In this document: positions 7,511 through 17,290 of the stretch, one piece after another
Position numbering within the stretch: the stretch's first letter is position 1
How the letters are laid out: each line of letters starts with the position of its first letter
Assembly (NCBI GenBank): GCA_046296715.1
Contig: JBKBIN010000027.1
Coordinates: 1-18,954 of the forward strand
From: Candidatus Ratteibacteria bacterium
GTDB lineage: Bacteria; Ratteibacteria; UBA8468; B48-G9; JAFGKM01
DNA: 18,954 bases
Reading direction: 5' to 3'
Notes under the pieces: model-generated
Told to the model about the DNA's origin: nothing
The model's input: the letters and a program-made list of their open reading frames with translations, nothing else
Database searches by the model: none
Made by a program: the position numbers and the translations under genes

Positions 7511-8206
7511 ATGGAAAGAAAAAGACCTTTAAAATACTGGCAGGATGACGAAAAACCAAGGGAAAAACTAATAAAAAAAGGAGAACATAACCTAACTGAT
7601 ACAGAATTACTTGCCATTCTTTTAAGGAGTGGAACAAAAGGAGAAACTGCTATTGACCTTGCAAGAAAAATAATAGATAAGTTTGGCAACTTTAGAAATA
7701 TGAGTCATACAAGTATAAACAGTTTTAAAGAGATTAAAGGACTTGGAATAGCAAAAATTTGTCAGATAAAAGCAGCAATTGAAATAGGAAGAAGAATGGC
7801 AGAATCTGAACTTATAAAAAAAGAAAAACCATTAACATCTCCTGATGAAGTTGTAAAATACATAATGCCAAGGATGAGAGATTTAAAAAAAGAGGTTTTT
7901 AAAGTTATACATCTTGATTCAAAAAATAGACCAATTGAAATAAGAGAAATTGAAGAAGGAACAGTCAATCAGGCAAATCCAATTATAAGAGAGATTTTTT
8001 ATAAAGCAATAGAAAATTTTATACCCTCAATCATCTGTATACATAATCATCCATCAGGAGATCCAACTCCAAGTAAAGAAGATATAGAATTTACAAAAAG
8101 ATTAAAAGAAGGAGGAGAAATTCTTGGAATAAATGTTTTAGACCACATAATAATTGGAGATAACATTTATTACAGTTTTGCTTCTGGCAAAATTAAAGGT
8201 ATCTAA
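7511..8206 (+). CDS. radC: RadC family JAB-domain protein (UPF0758)
   Basis: [20 protein letters not shown], Hh[12 protein letters not shown] motif [21 protein letters not shown]. Confidence 0.95.
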   Translation: MERKRPLKYWQDDEKPREKLIKKGEHNLTDTELLAILLRSGTKGETAIDLARKIIDKFGNFRNMSHTSINSFKEIKGLGIAKICQIKAAIEIGRRMAESELIKKEKPLTSPDEVVKYIMPRMRDLKKEVFKVIHLDSKNRPIEIREIEEGTVNQANPIIREIFYKAIENFIPSIICIHNHPSGDPTPSKEDIEFTKRLKEGGEILGINVLDHIIIGDNIYYSFASGKIKGI

Positions 8207-8654
8207 CTTTTACCTTTCCTTCTTCTAAAATACTTTTTGCCATCTCGTCAGGATAACCTTCCTTTATAATAACTTCTTCAATTCCTGCATTTATTATCAT
8301 TTTTGCACAAACACTGCATGGATGACAGGTTATATATAGTTTACTCCCTTTAATTGAAACACCATGATAGGCGGACTGCAAAATTGCATTCTGTTCAGCA
8401 TGAAGACCTCTACATAATTCATGTCTTTCTCCAGATGGTATTTTTAATTTTTCCCTTACACACCCAACTTCTTTACAATGTGCAAGGCCAGTCGGTGCTC
8501 CATTATAACCTGTCGCTAAAATCCTTTTTTCTTTTACTAAAACTGCTCCTACTTTTCTCCTTAAACATGTTGATCTTTTTGAAACAAGTTGTGCAATCTC
8601 CATAAAATAATTATCCCAGTCAGGTCTATCATTCTGGATATATTGGGTATTCAC
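8193..8654 (-). CDS. Deoxycytidylate (dCMP) deaminase family protein (ComEB-like)
   Basis: [31 protein letters not shown], Zn motifs HAEQNA and PCSVC. GTG start with SD AAGGAG inside the glyA 3' end. Confidence 0.94.
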   Translation of the reverse strand: MNTQYIQNDRPDWDNYFMEIAQLVSKRSTCLRRKVGAVLVKEKRILATGYNGAPTGLAHCKEVGCVREKLKIPSGERHELCRGLHAEQNAILQSAYHGVSIKGSKLYITCHPCSVCAKMIINAGIEEVIIKEGYPDEMAKSILEEGKVKVRYL

Positions 8655-9861
8655 TTACAAATCTCCTTACTTTTCTTTTAATTTCTTTTAAAATTTTTTC
8701 GTTATCTCTGTTTTTTAATGCTTCATCTATAAAATCAGCAATTATTTCCATCTCTTTTTCTTTCATACCTCTACTTGTTATACAAGGAGTTCCTATCCTT
8801 ATTCCACTTGTTATAGTAGGAGAAAGGGGATCAAAAGGAATTAAATTTTTGTTTGTTATTATTCCAACTTTTTCAAGTATTTCCTGAGCTAAAAGTCCAG
8901 TTAACCCTTTATTTCTTAAATCAATAACAAATAGGTGTGTATCTGTTCCATCACTTACAATTCTATATTTCCTTTCTTTCAGTTCTTGACATAATTTTTT
9001 ACAATTTTTTACAATCTGTTCCTGATATTTTTTGAATTTTTCTGTCATCGCTTCTTTGAAAGCAACTGCCTTGGCAGCAATAACATGAACTAAAGGACCT
9101 CCTTGAATACCAGGAATTATCATATTATCTATTCTTTCTTTATAATTTTCTTTACACAATATAAGCCCTCCTCTCGGTCCTCTTAATGTTTTATGAGTTG
9201 TAGAAGTGACAAAATCAGAAAATTCTGTAGGCGATGGATGTAAATTTGCAACAATTAAACCAGCAATATGTGCTATATCACAAAGAAGATAAGCACCAAC
9301 CTCTTTTGCAATATTTGAAAATTTTTCAAAGTCAATCTTTCTTGAATATGAACTATAGCCACAAACAATAATTTTGGGTTTTTCTTTTATTGCAATTTCT
9401 CTAACTTTTTCATAATCAATAAGTTCTGTATCTTTATCAACTGAATAGAAACTTGTTTGGTAAAGCATACCTGAAAAATTCACTTTCACACCATGAGTTA
9501 GATGACCACCAGAACTTATTTCCATTGCAAGAATTTTATCCCCTGGTTTTAATACAGAAAAGTAAACAGCCATATTTGCCTGACTTCCAGAATGAGGTTG
9601 AACATTTGCATGGTCTGCATTGAAAAGTTTACATGCTCTTTCAATTGCAATTTTCTCAACCATATCAACATATTTACATCCACCATAATATCTTTTTCCA
9701 GGATATCCTTCTGCATATTTATTTGTGAAAACAGAGCCAACTACTTTCAAAACATTTTTACTCACAATATTTTCAGAAGGGATTAAATTTATTGTCTCTC
9801 TTTGTTTTTCAATCTCTTTTATTAAAGCATAATAAATTTCATAGTCAAATTTACTTAACAT
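8629..9861 (-). CDS. glyA: Serine hydroxymethyltransferase
   Basis: [37 protein letters not shown] lysine motif [21 protein letters not shown]. Confidence 0.98.
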   Translation of the reverse strand: MLSKFDYEIYYALIKEIEKQRETINLIPSENIVSKNVLKVVGSVFTNKYAEGYPGKRYYGGCKYVDMVEKIAIERACKLFNADHANVQPHSGSQANMAVYFSVLKPGDKILAMEISSGGHLTHGVKVNFSGMLYQTSFYSVDKDTELIDYEKVREIAIKEKPKIIVCGYSSYSRKIDFEKFSNIAKEVGAYLLCDIAHIAGLIVANLHPSPTEFSDFVTSTTHKTLRGPRGGLILCKENYKERIDNMIIPGIQGGPLVHVIAAKAVAFKEAMTEKFKKYQEQIVKNCKKLCQELKERKYRIVSDGTDTHLFVIDLRNKGLTGLLAQEILEKVGIITNKNLIPFDPLSPTITSGIRIGTPCITSRGMKEKEMEIIADFIDEALKNRDNEKILKEIKRKVRRFVSEYPIYPE

Positions 9862-11929
9862 TTTCCACCTCTTTTAAAGGCACATAAGAAAAATCAGCAA
9901 ATTTATTGAAAACTCTATCTATCAACTCAAGTAAAGATAATCTATTATTCCTTATTTTTTCATCTTCAACCATAACAAAGACCTCTTGGAAAAATTTATC
10001 TATTGGTTCTTTCCATTTTGTCATCTCTTCTAAAAATTCTTTATATTTTTTTTCACTATATAATTTTTCCATCTTTTCAAAATTTTCCTTATAAAATTTA
10101 AAAAGTTGTTTCTCTGCCTCTTCAATTAGTAATTTATCATCAAAATTCCCATATTCAATTCTTTTTTCTTTTGCATGTTTTAACATATTTGCAACTCTTA
10201 TAAATGGGACTAAAACTTCTTCTCCTTTCCCTTTAATAAATATTTCCTTGACTGCATCTACTTTCTTTCTTATTTGATATAAATTATCTTTCTCAACTGA
10301 AAAAACTGCCCTTCTTAATCCTGTTTTTATCCCTTCTGAAATAAGTAAGTTTTCTGTCCTTTGCTTTATAAATTCTAAAATCATATTTTTTATTTCATTA
10401 TCTTTTCTTCCTAATGTCTCAAGTGTCTTTTCCACAAGTCTTTCTATTGAAATTTCAAATCCTTTATCCCATATAATTTCAATCATTCCTGTTGCTATTT
10501 TCTTAAGTCCTAATGGATCTTGATCTCCTTTTATTTCTACACCTTCACTTATAAAACTACATAATGTTTCTATTCTATCAGCAATTGAAACAATCGCACT
10601 TTCAATAAATTCTGGTTTTTTATCTCCCTGAAATCTTGGAAGATAATGTTGTTCTATTGATTTTGAAATTATTTTGTCATAACCATCTTTTTCAGCATAT
10701 ATCCTACCTATAATACCCTCAAGTGCAGAAAATTCGCTTACCATTAAAGTTGCAAGGTCATTTTTAAATAATGAAACTATAAGATTTATTCTTTCTCTTA
10801 TTTCCAAATCTAAATTTAAACTCTCTGATAAGAAATTACAAATTCTTCTTATTCTTTCAACTCTATCATAAATTGTTCCAAACTTAGGATGATAAACAAT
10901 ATTTTTCAGTTCAGATAGATATTCAATTAAAGGCTTTTTTCTATCTCTCTCAATAAAAAAATTAACATCTTCAATTTTACTTTCAACAACTCTTTCATAA
11001 TTTTCTTTTATTTTATGATTAAAAACACCATCACAAACAATTATAAAAAAAGGTAAAAGTTCATCATTATTATCAAAAAGAGGGATCCCTTTAACATTTA
11101 AAATAATTAAATTTAAAACCTCTTTCGGAAGATTTTTATAACTTTCCGGTAGATTACAAATTCCACAAACAGGATATTCAACCAAAGGAATAATTTTTTC
11201 AATAAGTTGGAAATCATATATAAAATTATCCTGAACCAATTTTTTTATCTGTTCTATTATCATTTTCTTTCTTAATTCCTGGTCAAAGATAACATAATTT
11301 TTCAAAATTTTATCAAAAAAATCTGTTGTATTTTTTGGAACTATCTTTTTGTCGGATAAAATTCTGTGCCCTAAAGTAAATCTTTTGCTTTTTATATTTC
11401 CTATTTCAACAGGAACAAGTTTTTCACCATAAATACAGGTGATATATCTAATTGGTCTAAAGAATTTAAATTTGTTCTCATCCCATATCATACCTCTTGG
11501 AATTTCAAGTTGCTTAAATGTCTCATTAATTATTTTGTTAAAAATTTTTACAATACTTTTCCCTTTTTCTTTCTTAATAAGTCCTAAAACCTTTTTCTCT
11601 TTTCTTTCTAAAATTTTTAAATCTTTTAATTTTGCTCTATTACTTTCAGCAAACTTTTTTGCAACTTCATTCCATTTTCCATTTTGATCAATACATAATT
11701 CTAACGGTGGACCAAAAATCTCCATTATTCTTTCTTTCTGTTTTTCTTCAAGTTGCTTCAAAAAAACTATAATTCTTCTTGGAGTATAAAAAACCCTCAA
11801 ATCTTTATAATCAACCCTTTCATTTTCAAGAGAATTTCTAAATGAAGGTAAAAAAATTTTTTCTAAATATTCTCCTATACTTGAAGGCAGATCTTCAACT
11901 CCAATTTCTAAAACTAAATCTTTCGCCAT
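9851..11929 (-). CDS. glyS: Glycine--tRNA ligase beta subunit
   Basis: LVLEIGVEDLP, FYTPRR, FFRPIRYI, LVEYP, MVSEFSALEGIIG, QHYLPR, DPLGLKK, C-terminal FFQEVFVM...IRNNRLSLL; 692 aa. Confidence 0.93.
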   Translation of the reverse strand: MAKDLVLEIGVEDLPSSIGEYLEKIFLPSFRNSLENERVDYKDLRVFYTPRRIIVFLKQLEEKQKERIMEIFGPPLELCIDQNGKWNEVAKKFAESNRAKLKDLKILERKEKKVLGLIKKEKGKSIVKIFNKIINETFKQLEIPRGMIWDENKFKFFRPIRYITCIYGEKLVPVEIGNIKSKRFTLGHRILSDKKIVPKNTTDFFDKILKNYVIFDQELRKKMIIEQIKKLVQDNFIYDFQLIEKIIPLVEYPVCGICNLPESYKNLPKEVLNLIILNVKGIPLFDNNDELLPFFIIVCDGVFNHKIKENYERVVESKIEDVNFFIERDRKKPLIEYLSELKNIVYHPKFGTIYDRVERIRRICNFLSESLNLDLEIRERINLIVSLFKNDLATLMVSEFSALEGIIGRIYAEKDGYDKIISKSIEQHYLPRFQGDKKPEFIESAIVSIADRIETLCSFISEGVEIKGDQDPLGLKKIATGMIEIIWDKGFEISIERLVEKTLETLGRKDNEIKNMILEFIKQRTENLLISEGIKTGLRRAVFSVEKDNLYQIRKKVDAVKEIFIKGKGEEVLVPFIRVANMLKHAKEKRIEYGNFDDKLLIEEAEKQLFKFYKENFEKMEKLYSEKKYKEFLEEMTKWKEPIDKFFQEVFVMVEDEKIRNNRLSLLELIDRVFNKFADFSYVPLKEVENVK

Positions 11930-11957
11930 TTTTTATCATTTTCAAAAAATAATATCC

Positions 11958-13019
11958 TCAATTTTTCCTAAATATATTACAAGATTTTTTTATTTTCTTC
12001 AAACTCAGATTTTGAAATATAATATAGAGGCAAATTACAAGAGGAACTCCTAAATTACCAAAAAGGGGATGAATTTTCCCATTTTTTGATAAAGAAAAAA
12101 AGAAAATATAAAGGAAATAACAAGAAAAAGAGAAAAGAAAAGAGAAAGAAAAAACATATAAATTGGAGATCTTATGACTTTTTTTCAAAAATGGAAATAT
12201 TATAAATATCAGAAAAAAATTAAGGAGAGGATAGAAAATTTTTTCATAGGTGTATGAAATTAAAGCAACTGGTTTAATCCCAAGTTTTTTCATTTTATTC
12301 AGAATCCTTAAAAGTGTTAAAAATGAAAATGTTTCTATATCAATAGTAGAAATAGAAAGTATCTCATAGGTTAAAAATATTGTGATATTTTTAATATTAA
12401 ATTTTTCTTTCTTTATAAGATTTTTCTCCGAATCAAATCTCCACAAAGTGCCATTTTCAAAGACCCAGTTAAAATCCTTGTAATTTGCTGCTCTCTTTGC
12501 CTTTATAACTGTAAACTGTCCATCTTCTAAATACTCAGAAAATTCAACATTTATAAAATATTTATTCTCCAATTTTTCAGAATAGAAAAAATATTTTGGA
12601 GAAGAAAAAGCAATCTGTTCTTGTATTATGTGGTTGGTAATTTTTTTTATAAGAGGTGGAGAAACAAAGTTTTTAAGTGTAAAAGTAAAAATTGAAGAAA
12701 AAAAACCACACAACAAAAATATAGAAAAAATTTTAAATGGATTGGTTCCTGAAAGAAAAAAAACTTTTATTTCATTATTTTTTAACATTTCAGAAAGTAC
12801 TAACATTGATGAAAGTATAGTTATAATAGGAGAAATCTGAACAAATAATAATGGACAAGTATATAGGTAATTACGCAAAATAAAAGATTTCCTGTGTAGA
12901 AGGAAATCTGTTAAGTCCTCAAGAATTTGTATCAAAAGAAAGAGAATAACAAATAGAAAAGATACAATAAGAAAAAACTTCAAAAAATTAAAAAATATGT
13001 AATTAAACTTTTTTTTCAT
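11958..13019 (-). CDS. lptG: LptF/LptG family LPS export permease (LptG position)
   Basis: Three N-terminal and three C-terminal TM segments around a beta-rich periplasmic region; SEMLKNNEIKVFFLSG. ATG 13019 overlaps the upstream stop (ATGA). F versus G assigned by gene order only. Confidence 0.78.
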   Translation of the reverse strand: MKKKFNYIFFNFLKFFLIVSFLFVILFLLIQILEDLTDFLLHRKSFILRNYLYTCPLLFVQISPIITILSSMLVLSEMLKNNEIKVFFLSGTNPFKIFSIFLLCGFFSSIFTFTLKNFVSPPLIKKITNHIIQEQIAFSSPKYFFYSEKLENKYFINVEFSEYLEDGQFTVIKAKRAANYKDFNWVFENGTLWRFDSEKNLIKKEKFNIKNITIFLTYEILSISTIDIETFSFLTLLRILNKMKKLGIKPVALISYTYEKIFYPLLNFFLIFIIFPFLKKSHKISNLYVFSFSFLFSFSCYFLYIFFFSLSKNGKIHPLFGNLGVPLVICLYIIFQNLSLKKIKKSCNIFRKN

Positions 13020-14053
13020 TTCCAAAACTTTTTTGTTAATAAAATACAGAATAAAATAGGTAGATACATTGGATACAGAACAGAAAATTTTCTTACCATT
13101 ATTTGTCCAGTTATTAAAAGTTCAAAAAATATTATACTTATAAATCCACCAATTCCTAAATATAAAATTTTATTTTTTTGTTTCAGATGCATTCCAATAC
13201 CACAACCAAGAAAAAGTAAAACTAAAGGAGTAATTGCATACACAAATCTTTCATGAAGTTCAATCATAGATTCAATACTTTTATCTTTTTTAAGTTGTAT
13301 AAAATTGAATTCAGGAACTTCTGGTTCAATTTTTACTTTTCTGAAATCTTCTGTTAAATAGATATTAAATACATATTCCTCAAAATCTACTGAATTTATT
13401 GAGTTTTCTGTATAATTTAAGAGTGTCCCTTTTTTAAGAATAAAAACAAGTTTGTTTTCTTCTGGTTTATAAAAAACATTTCCTTTTTCTGCTTTTAAAA
13501 AAATAGTTGAATTTTCTTGCCTTTTTGTAATTGAAATATTTTTCAGATTAAAATTTCTGAAAACTTTTTCAATATAAATTGTGACATTTGGAATATCTTT
13601 TATTATTTCTTTTTCAATTATTATTGAAAGAGGATTTCTTATTTTCAACTGATGAATTATACTTTTATTAGCAAATCTTACATAAGGCAGAATAAATAGA
13701 TTGAAATAAAAAAGAAAAAGTGTAAAAATAATAGAAAAAATCATAAGAGGTTTAATCAAAGTAAAATTAGAAATACCGGAAAATGCAAAAATATGTAGTT
13801 CTCTATCAGAATAAAGTGTTGAAAAAAAGGACATTGAAGAAACAAGAATAGCAAGAGGGATAATATATTCAAGAGATGTTAAAATTGTGTATATAAAAAA
13901 TTTTAAAAGAGGCAAAAAAGAAAAGGAACCTTTAACAATAAGGTCAAAAATCTGAAAGAAACTTTTAAGTGTAAAAATTAAAAGTAGTATAAAAAAGGAG
14001 AAGAAAAAATTAGTCAAAAAACCTTTAAAAATATATTTCGTCTTGGATTTCAT
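13016..14053 (-). CDS. lptF: LptF/LptG family LPS export permease (LptF position)
   Basis: YIFKGFL start, IIPLAILVS, LYSDRELHIFAFSGIS, AEKG, ELHERF; 3+3 TM layout. F versus G assigned by gene order only. Confidence 0.8.
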   Translation of the reverse strand: MKSKTKYIFKGFLTNFFFSFFILLLIFTLKSFFQIFDLIVKGSFSFLPLLKFFIYTILTSLEYIIPLAILVSSMSFFSTLYSDRELHIFAFSGISNFTLIKPLMIFSIIFTLFLFYFNLFILPYVRFANKSIIHQLKIRNPLSIIIEKEIIKDIPNVTIYIEKVFRNFNLKNISITKRQENSTIFLKAEKGNVFYKPEENKLVFILKKGTLLNYTENSINSVDFEEYVFNIYLTEDFRKVKIEPEVPEFNFIQLKKDKSIESMIELHERFVYAITPLVLLFLGCGIGMHLKQKNKILYLGIGGFISIIFFELLITGQIMVRKFSVLYPMYLPILFCILLTKKFWK

Positions 14054-14060
14054 AAATTTT

Positions 14061-14089
14061 ATTTTAAATTAAATAGATTTGCATGTCTA
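14061..14089 (-). promoter_or_regulatory. Promoter for the lptF operon, predicted leaderless
   Basis: Minus strand TAGACA (14089-14084) - 17 bp - TAAAAT (14066-14061) - 7 nt - ATG (14053); no SD. Confidence 0.6.
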
Positions 14090-14692
14090 ATTTTAAAGCA
14101 ATTACTTGAGAAAAAATGTATAAGTTGTGAGGAAGGCAAAGAAAAAAATTATGGTTTTTGTGATGATTGCTTCTCAAAAATAATTTTTATAAACGAAAAT
14201 TTTAAAAATAGAATTCATATTGGGAAATATGAAGGTCCTTTAAAGGAAGCAATTATTAAATATAAATATAATGGTAGAAAATATTATGCTAAAAATTTTG
14301 CTTCTCTTTTAGAAGAAAAAATTAAAAATGAAGAAATTGAATTTGATATAATTATTCCTGTTCCACTTCACTGGAAAAAAGAGTTTTTAAGAGGATTTAA
14401 TCAAAGTGCCCTTATTGGAAATTATCTTGCAAAAAAAATAAACAAAAAGATGTATCAAAATGTTTTAATAAAGTCAAAAAATACAGTTTCTCAAACAGGA
14501 CTGAATGAAAAACAAAGGGAAGAAAATGTAAAAAATAGTTTCAAAATAAAGAATAAAGATATTATAAAGAATAAAATTGTACTACTTGTTGACGATGTTT
14601 ATACAACTGGTGCAACAACACATGAATGCAAAAAAATTTTATTAGAAAATGGAGCAAGAAAAGTTATAATTGCTACAATAGCAAAAAGTTAA
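14083..14692 (+). CDS. comF: ComF family protein (Cys-rich N-terminus + phosphoribosyltransferase-like domain); start codon anomalous
   Basis: The frame of ORF 14450-14692 stays open upstream: LLEKKCISC...FCDDC...YEGPLKEAIIKYKYNG...IIPVPLH...RGFNQS...VLLVDDVYTTGAT. No in-frame ATG/GTG/TTG before 14450; ATG 14083 is one base out of frame. Confidence 0.85.
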
Positions 14693-14694
14693 AA

Positions 14695-16506
14695 TTATTC
14701 AACAGTTACTGATTTTGCAAGATTTCTTGGTTTATCCACATCAACTCCTTTCTTTTTCGCTACATAATAAGCAAGTAATTGAAGAGGGATCACAGTTAAA
14801 AATGGTTTTAAGAATTCATTATCTATATGAGGAACTACAATAATTTGATCAGACAAATTCTCTAACTGAGTAGAGGTAAAATCACATACAGAAATTATAT
14901 AACCATTTCTTGTTTTAACTTCTTCCATATTTGAAATAACTTTTTTTAAATGTCTATCCTTAACACAAATAAATATTACAGGCATATTTTCGTCAATTAA
15001 AGCAATTGGTCCATGTTTCATTTCTGCTGCTGGATAACCTTCTGCATGAATGTAACTTACTTCTTTCAATTTTAAAGCACCTTCAAGTGCAATTGGAAAA
15101 TTAATTCCTCGTCCAAGATAAAGAGCATTTGTTTTAGAAAGTAGTTTCTCTGCAATTTTCTCTATATTGTTTTTCTTCAGTAAAAAATCCATTTTTTCTT
15201 TAACTTTTAATATTTCTTCACTTTTTTTATGAATAAATTTTTTATCTATTTTCCCTTTTTTATAAAGATACGAAAGAGCAAAAAGATATAAAATAAGAAT
15301 TTGAGCAGTAAATGCCTTTGTAGAAGCAACACCTATCTCAGGACCTGCTTTAGTTAAAAGAACTAAATCACTTTTTCTCGCCAAAGTACTTCTTTCAACA
15401 TTACAAATTGAAAAGATATTACATCTACCTTTTAACCTCTCTATCGCTCCAATTGTATCAGCAGTTTCTCCTGATTGTGAAATTGCAATAACCAAAGTTT
15501 TTCTATCAGCAATAATTTTTTTATATCTAAATTCTGAAGCATATTCTACCTCAACAGGGATCTCTAAAATTTCTTCTATTATGTATTCACCTATAAGTCC
15601 TGCGTGCCAACTTGTTCCACAACCAGTTATAACAATTCTTTCTGGAATAAAATCCAATTTCATCAAATCTAAAAAAGTTTCATTTAAAAAATATTTTAAA
15701 GTTCTGTCAATAACTTCTGGTTGCTCATAAATTTCCTTCAGCATATATGAATCAAATTCTCCTCTTGAAATAATACTTTGCTCTATATCAATTACTTTAA
15801 AATCTTTATTAACTTCAATATTTTTTTTAAAGTTGTAAAATCTGATTTTTTTGTCAAGGAAGAAAAGTTCATTATCATCAAGAAAAATCATTTTATTTGT
15901 ATATTTTGAGATCGGCAAAGGATCAGATGCAAAATAATAATTTTTGCCATCAAAACCAACTACAAGGGGAGAATTTTTTTTAACTCCAATCACAAAATCT
16001 TCTCCTCTTTTTGTAATTAAAAAAGCAAAAGAACCTTCTATTTTTCTTAAAGATAAAACAATGGCAGAAAATATGTCTTTTGTTAAATTTAAATTATCTT
16101 CAATTAGATGTGATACAACTTCTGTATCTGTCTGAGAAGTAAATTTATGTCCTTTTTTTATCAAACTTTCTTTCAAATCCTGATAATTTTCTATTATTCC
16201 GTTATGAACAATTGCTATTTCATTTTTACAGTCAAAATGAGGGTGAGTATTTTCTTCAGAGATTTGTCCATGAGTAGCCCATCTTGTATGAGAAATTATA
16301 ATAACTTCATCTTCTATTTTCAAAGGAATTGATAAAACAAGTTCATCTATTTTTCCTTTGCCTATTTTTTTATCATAAAAGTTAAAATCTTTATTATTTA
16401 AAAAAAATCCACAAGAATCATATCCCCTATATTCAAGAGTTTTCAATCCATTTTTTATTATTTCCCTTACATTTCCTTTCCCTTTAAAACCAAAAATTCC
16501 ACACAT
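14695..16506 (-). CDS. glmS: Glutamine--fructose-6-phosphate aminotransferase (isomerizing)
   Basis: MCGIFG, LEYRGYDS, HTRWATHG, HNGIIEN, SQSGETADT, EGALKLKE, KPRNLAKSVTVE. Confidence 0.98.
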   Translation of the reverse strand: MCGIFGFKGKGNVREIIKNGLKTLEYRGYDSCGFFLNNKDFNFYDKKIGKGKIDELVLSIPLKIEDEVIIISHTRWATHGQISEENTHPHFDCKNEIAIVHNGIIENYQDLKESLIKKGHKFTSQTDTEVVSHLIEDNLNLTKDIFSAIVLSLRKIEGSFAFLITKRGEDFVIGVKKNSPLVVGFDGKNYYFASDPLPISKYTNKMIFLDDNELFFLDKKIRFYNFKKNIEVNKDFKVIDIEQSIISRGEFDSYMLKEIYEQPEVIDRTLKYFLNETFLDLMKLDFIPERIVITGCGTSWHAGLIGEYIIEEILEIPVEVEYASEFRYKKIIADRKTLVIAISQSGETADTIGAIERLKGRCNIFSICNVERSTLARKSDLVLLTKAGPEIGVASTKAFTAQILILYLFALSYLYKKGKIDKKFIHKKSEEILKVKEKMDFLLKKNNIEKIAEKLLSKTNALYLGRGINFPIALEGALKLKEVSYIHAEGYPAAEMKHGPIALIDENMPVIFICVKDRHLKKVISNMEEVKTRNGYIISVCDFTSTQLENLSDQIIVVPHIDNEFLKPFLTVIPLQLLAYYVAKKKGVDVDKPRNLAKSVTVE

Positions 16507-16637
16507 TATTCATCCTCTTTTTTGTTTTTTTTATTCTTCTCAAAGCATTCTTTACATATAAATGTTGAATCTTCAGGATAAAAGGCATAAATTTCATTTT
16601 CTTCTTTTTCTTTACCACATAAATCACATCTAATCAT
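16506..16637 (-). CDS. 43-aa CxxC-x20-CxxC putative zinc-binding microprotein
   Basis: Below the ORF-track cutoff. MIRCDLCGKEKEENEIYAFYPEDSTFICKECFEKNKKNKKEDE*. Strong SD AAGGAGG 4 nt before ATG; stop overlaps the glmS start (TAATG); fills the gap between the flanking genes. Confidence 0.82.
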   Translation of the reverse strand: MIRCDLCGKEKEENEIYAFYPEDSTFICKECFEKNKKNKKEDE

Positions 16638-16650
16638 TTTGCCTCCTTTT

Positions 16651-17283
16651 TTATACCATAACAATTTTTATCCCAATTTCTTTAAATTTTTTAATTGTGA
16701 AATTAAAATTTTTTTCATTTGAAGAATTTGTAATTAGAATGTATTCTTTTTTATTTTTTAAGTCCATTTTAATCATTCTCATACTTCTTGTCTGATAAAT
16801 ACATTCCCTTCCTATTTTTGTATCATCTGCAACAATAATTATCTTTTCTGCCTTTTTAATAAGATGTTCAACCTGTTGGACTGTATAAACATCGTCTGAA
16901 GTTAGACCTTTTATAGAAAAACCAGGAGTCCCTATTATAAGTTTGTCAATTTTAGAAAATGGCAAATATATATTAACAACACTTAAGTTTTTTCTTGAAA
17001 TTTCTCCACTAACAATCCCAATAAAATTTTGAGAGAAAAAACTATCATATTCTTTAAGATATAAATTCAAAATAAAAATATTGTTAGTCCAAATTTTTAA
17101 ATTAAAATGAGTAGATGATTTAGCAATCAATTCACCTACATATGAAACAGTCGTTCCAGCCCCTAAAAAAATCTCTTCTCCAAAACTAATATACTCTAAT
17201 GCTTTTTGAGCAATCTTAATCTTCTTTTCTTTCTCTATCTCTCTTCTTTTCTCAAAACTCAAAAATAGGTCATTTATTCTCAT
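16651..17283 (-). CDS. DeoR/GlpR-family C-terminal sugar-phosphate sensor domain protein, no N-terminal HTH
   Basis: SFEKRREIEKEKKIKIAQKALEYI, IFLGAGTTV, IWTNNI, GLTSDD, IIVADDTKIG. Start set at ATG 17283 from promoter geometry; the ORF-track TTG start at 17331 is part of a TTGACA repeat. Confidence 0.8.
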   Translation of the reverse strand: MRINDLFLSFEKRREIEKEKKIKIAQKALEYISFGEEIFLGAGTTVSYVGELIAKSSTHFNLKIWTNNIFILNLYLKEYDSFFSQNFIGIVSGEISRKNLSVVNIYLPFSKIDKLIIGTPGFSIKGLTSDDVYTVQQVEHLIKKAEKIIIVADDTKIGRECIYQTRSMRMIKMDLKNKKEYILITNSSNEKNFNFTIKKFKEIGIKIVMV

Positions 17284-17290
17284 ACAAAAA

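Noticed and set aside
8193..8206. 14-bp convergent overlap of radC and the deaminase gene with no terminator
   Set aside because: Common in compact genomes; the other convergent junctions here (3699/3705, 14692/14695) also lack obvious hairpins.
7511..14692. radC + ComEB-like deaminase + comF as a competence cluster
   Set aside because: All three families are widespread, lie in different transcription units here, and no DNA-uptake genes are present.
621..16332. Short ORF-track ORFs nested in or antisense to larger genes (e.g. 621-821, 2990-3205, 3070-3300, 4671-5003, 7762-7968, 9906-10094, 11439-11687, 15944-16135)
   Set aside because: They overlap well-supported genes and show no recognisable motifs; typical shadow frames.
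16507..16650. glmS ribozyme upstream of glmS
   Set aside because: The space is filled by the 43-aa ORF and its SD; no ribozyme-like helices were seen.
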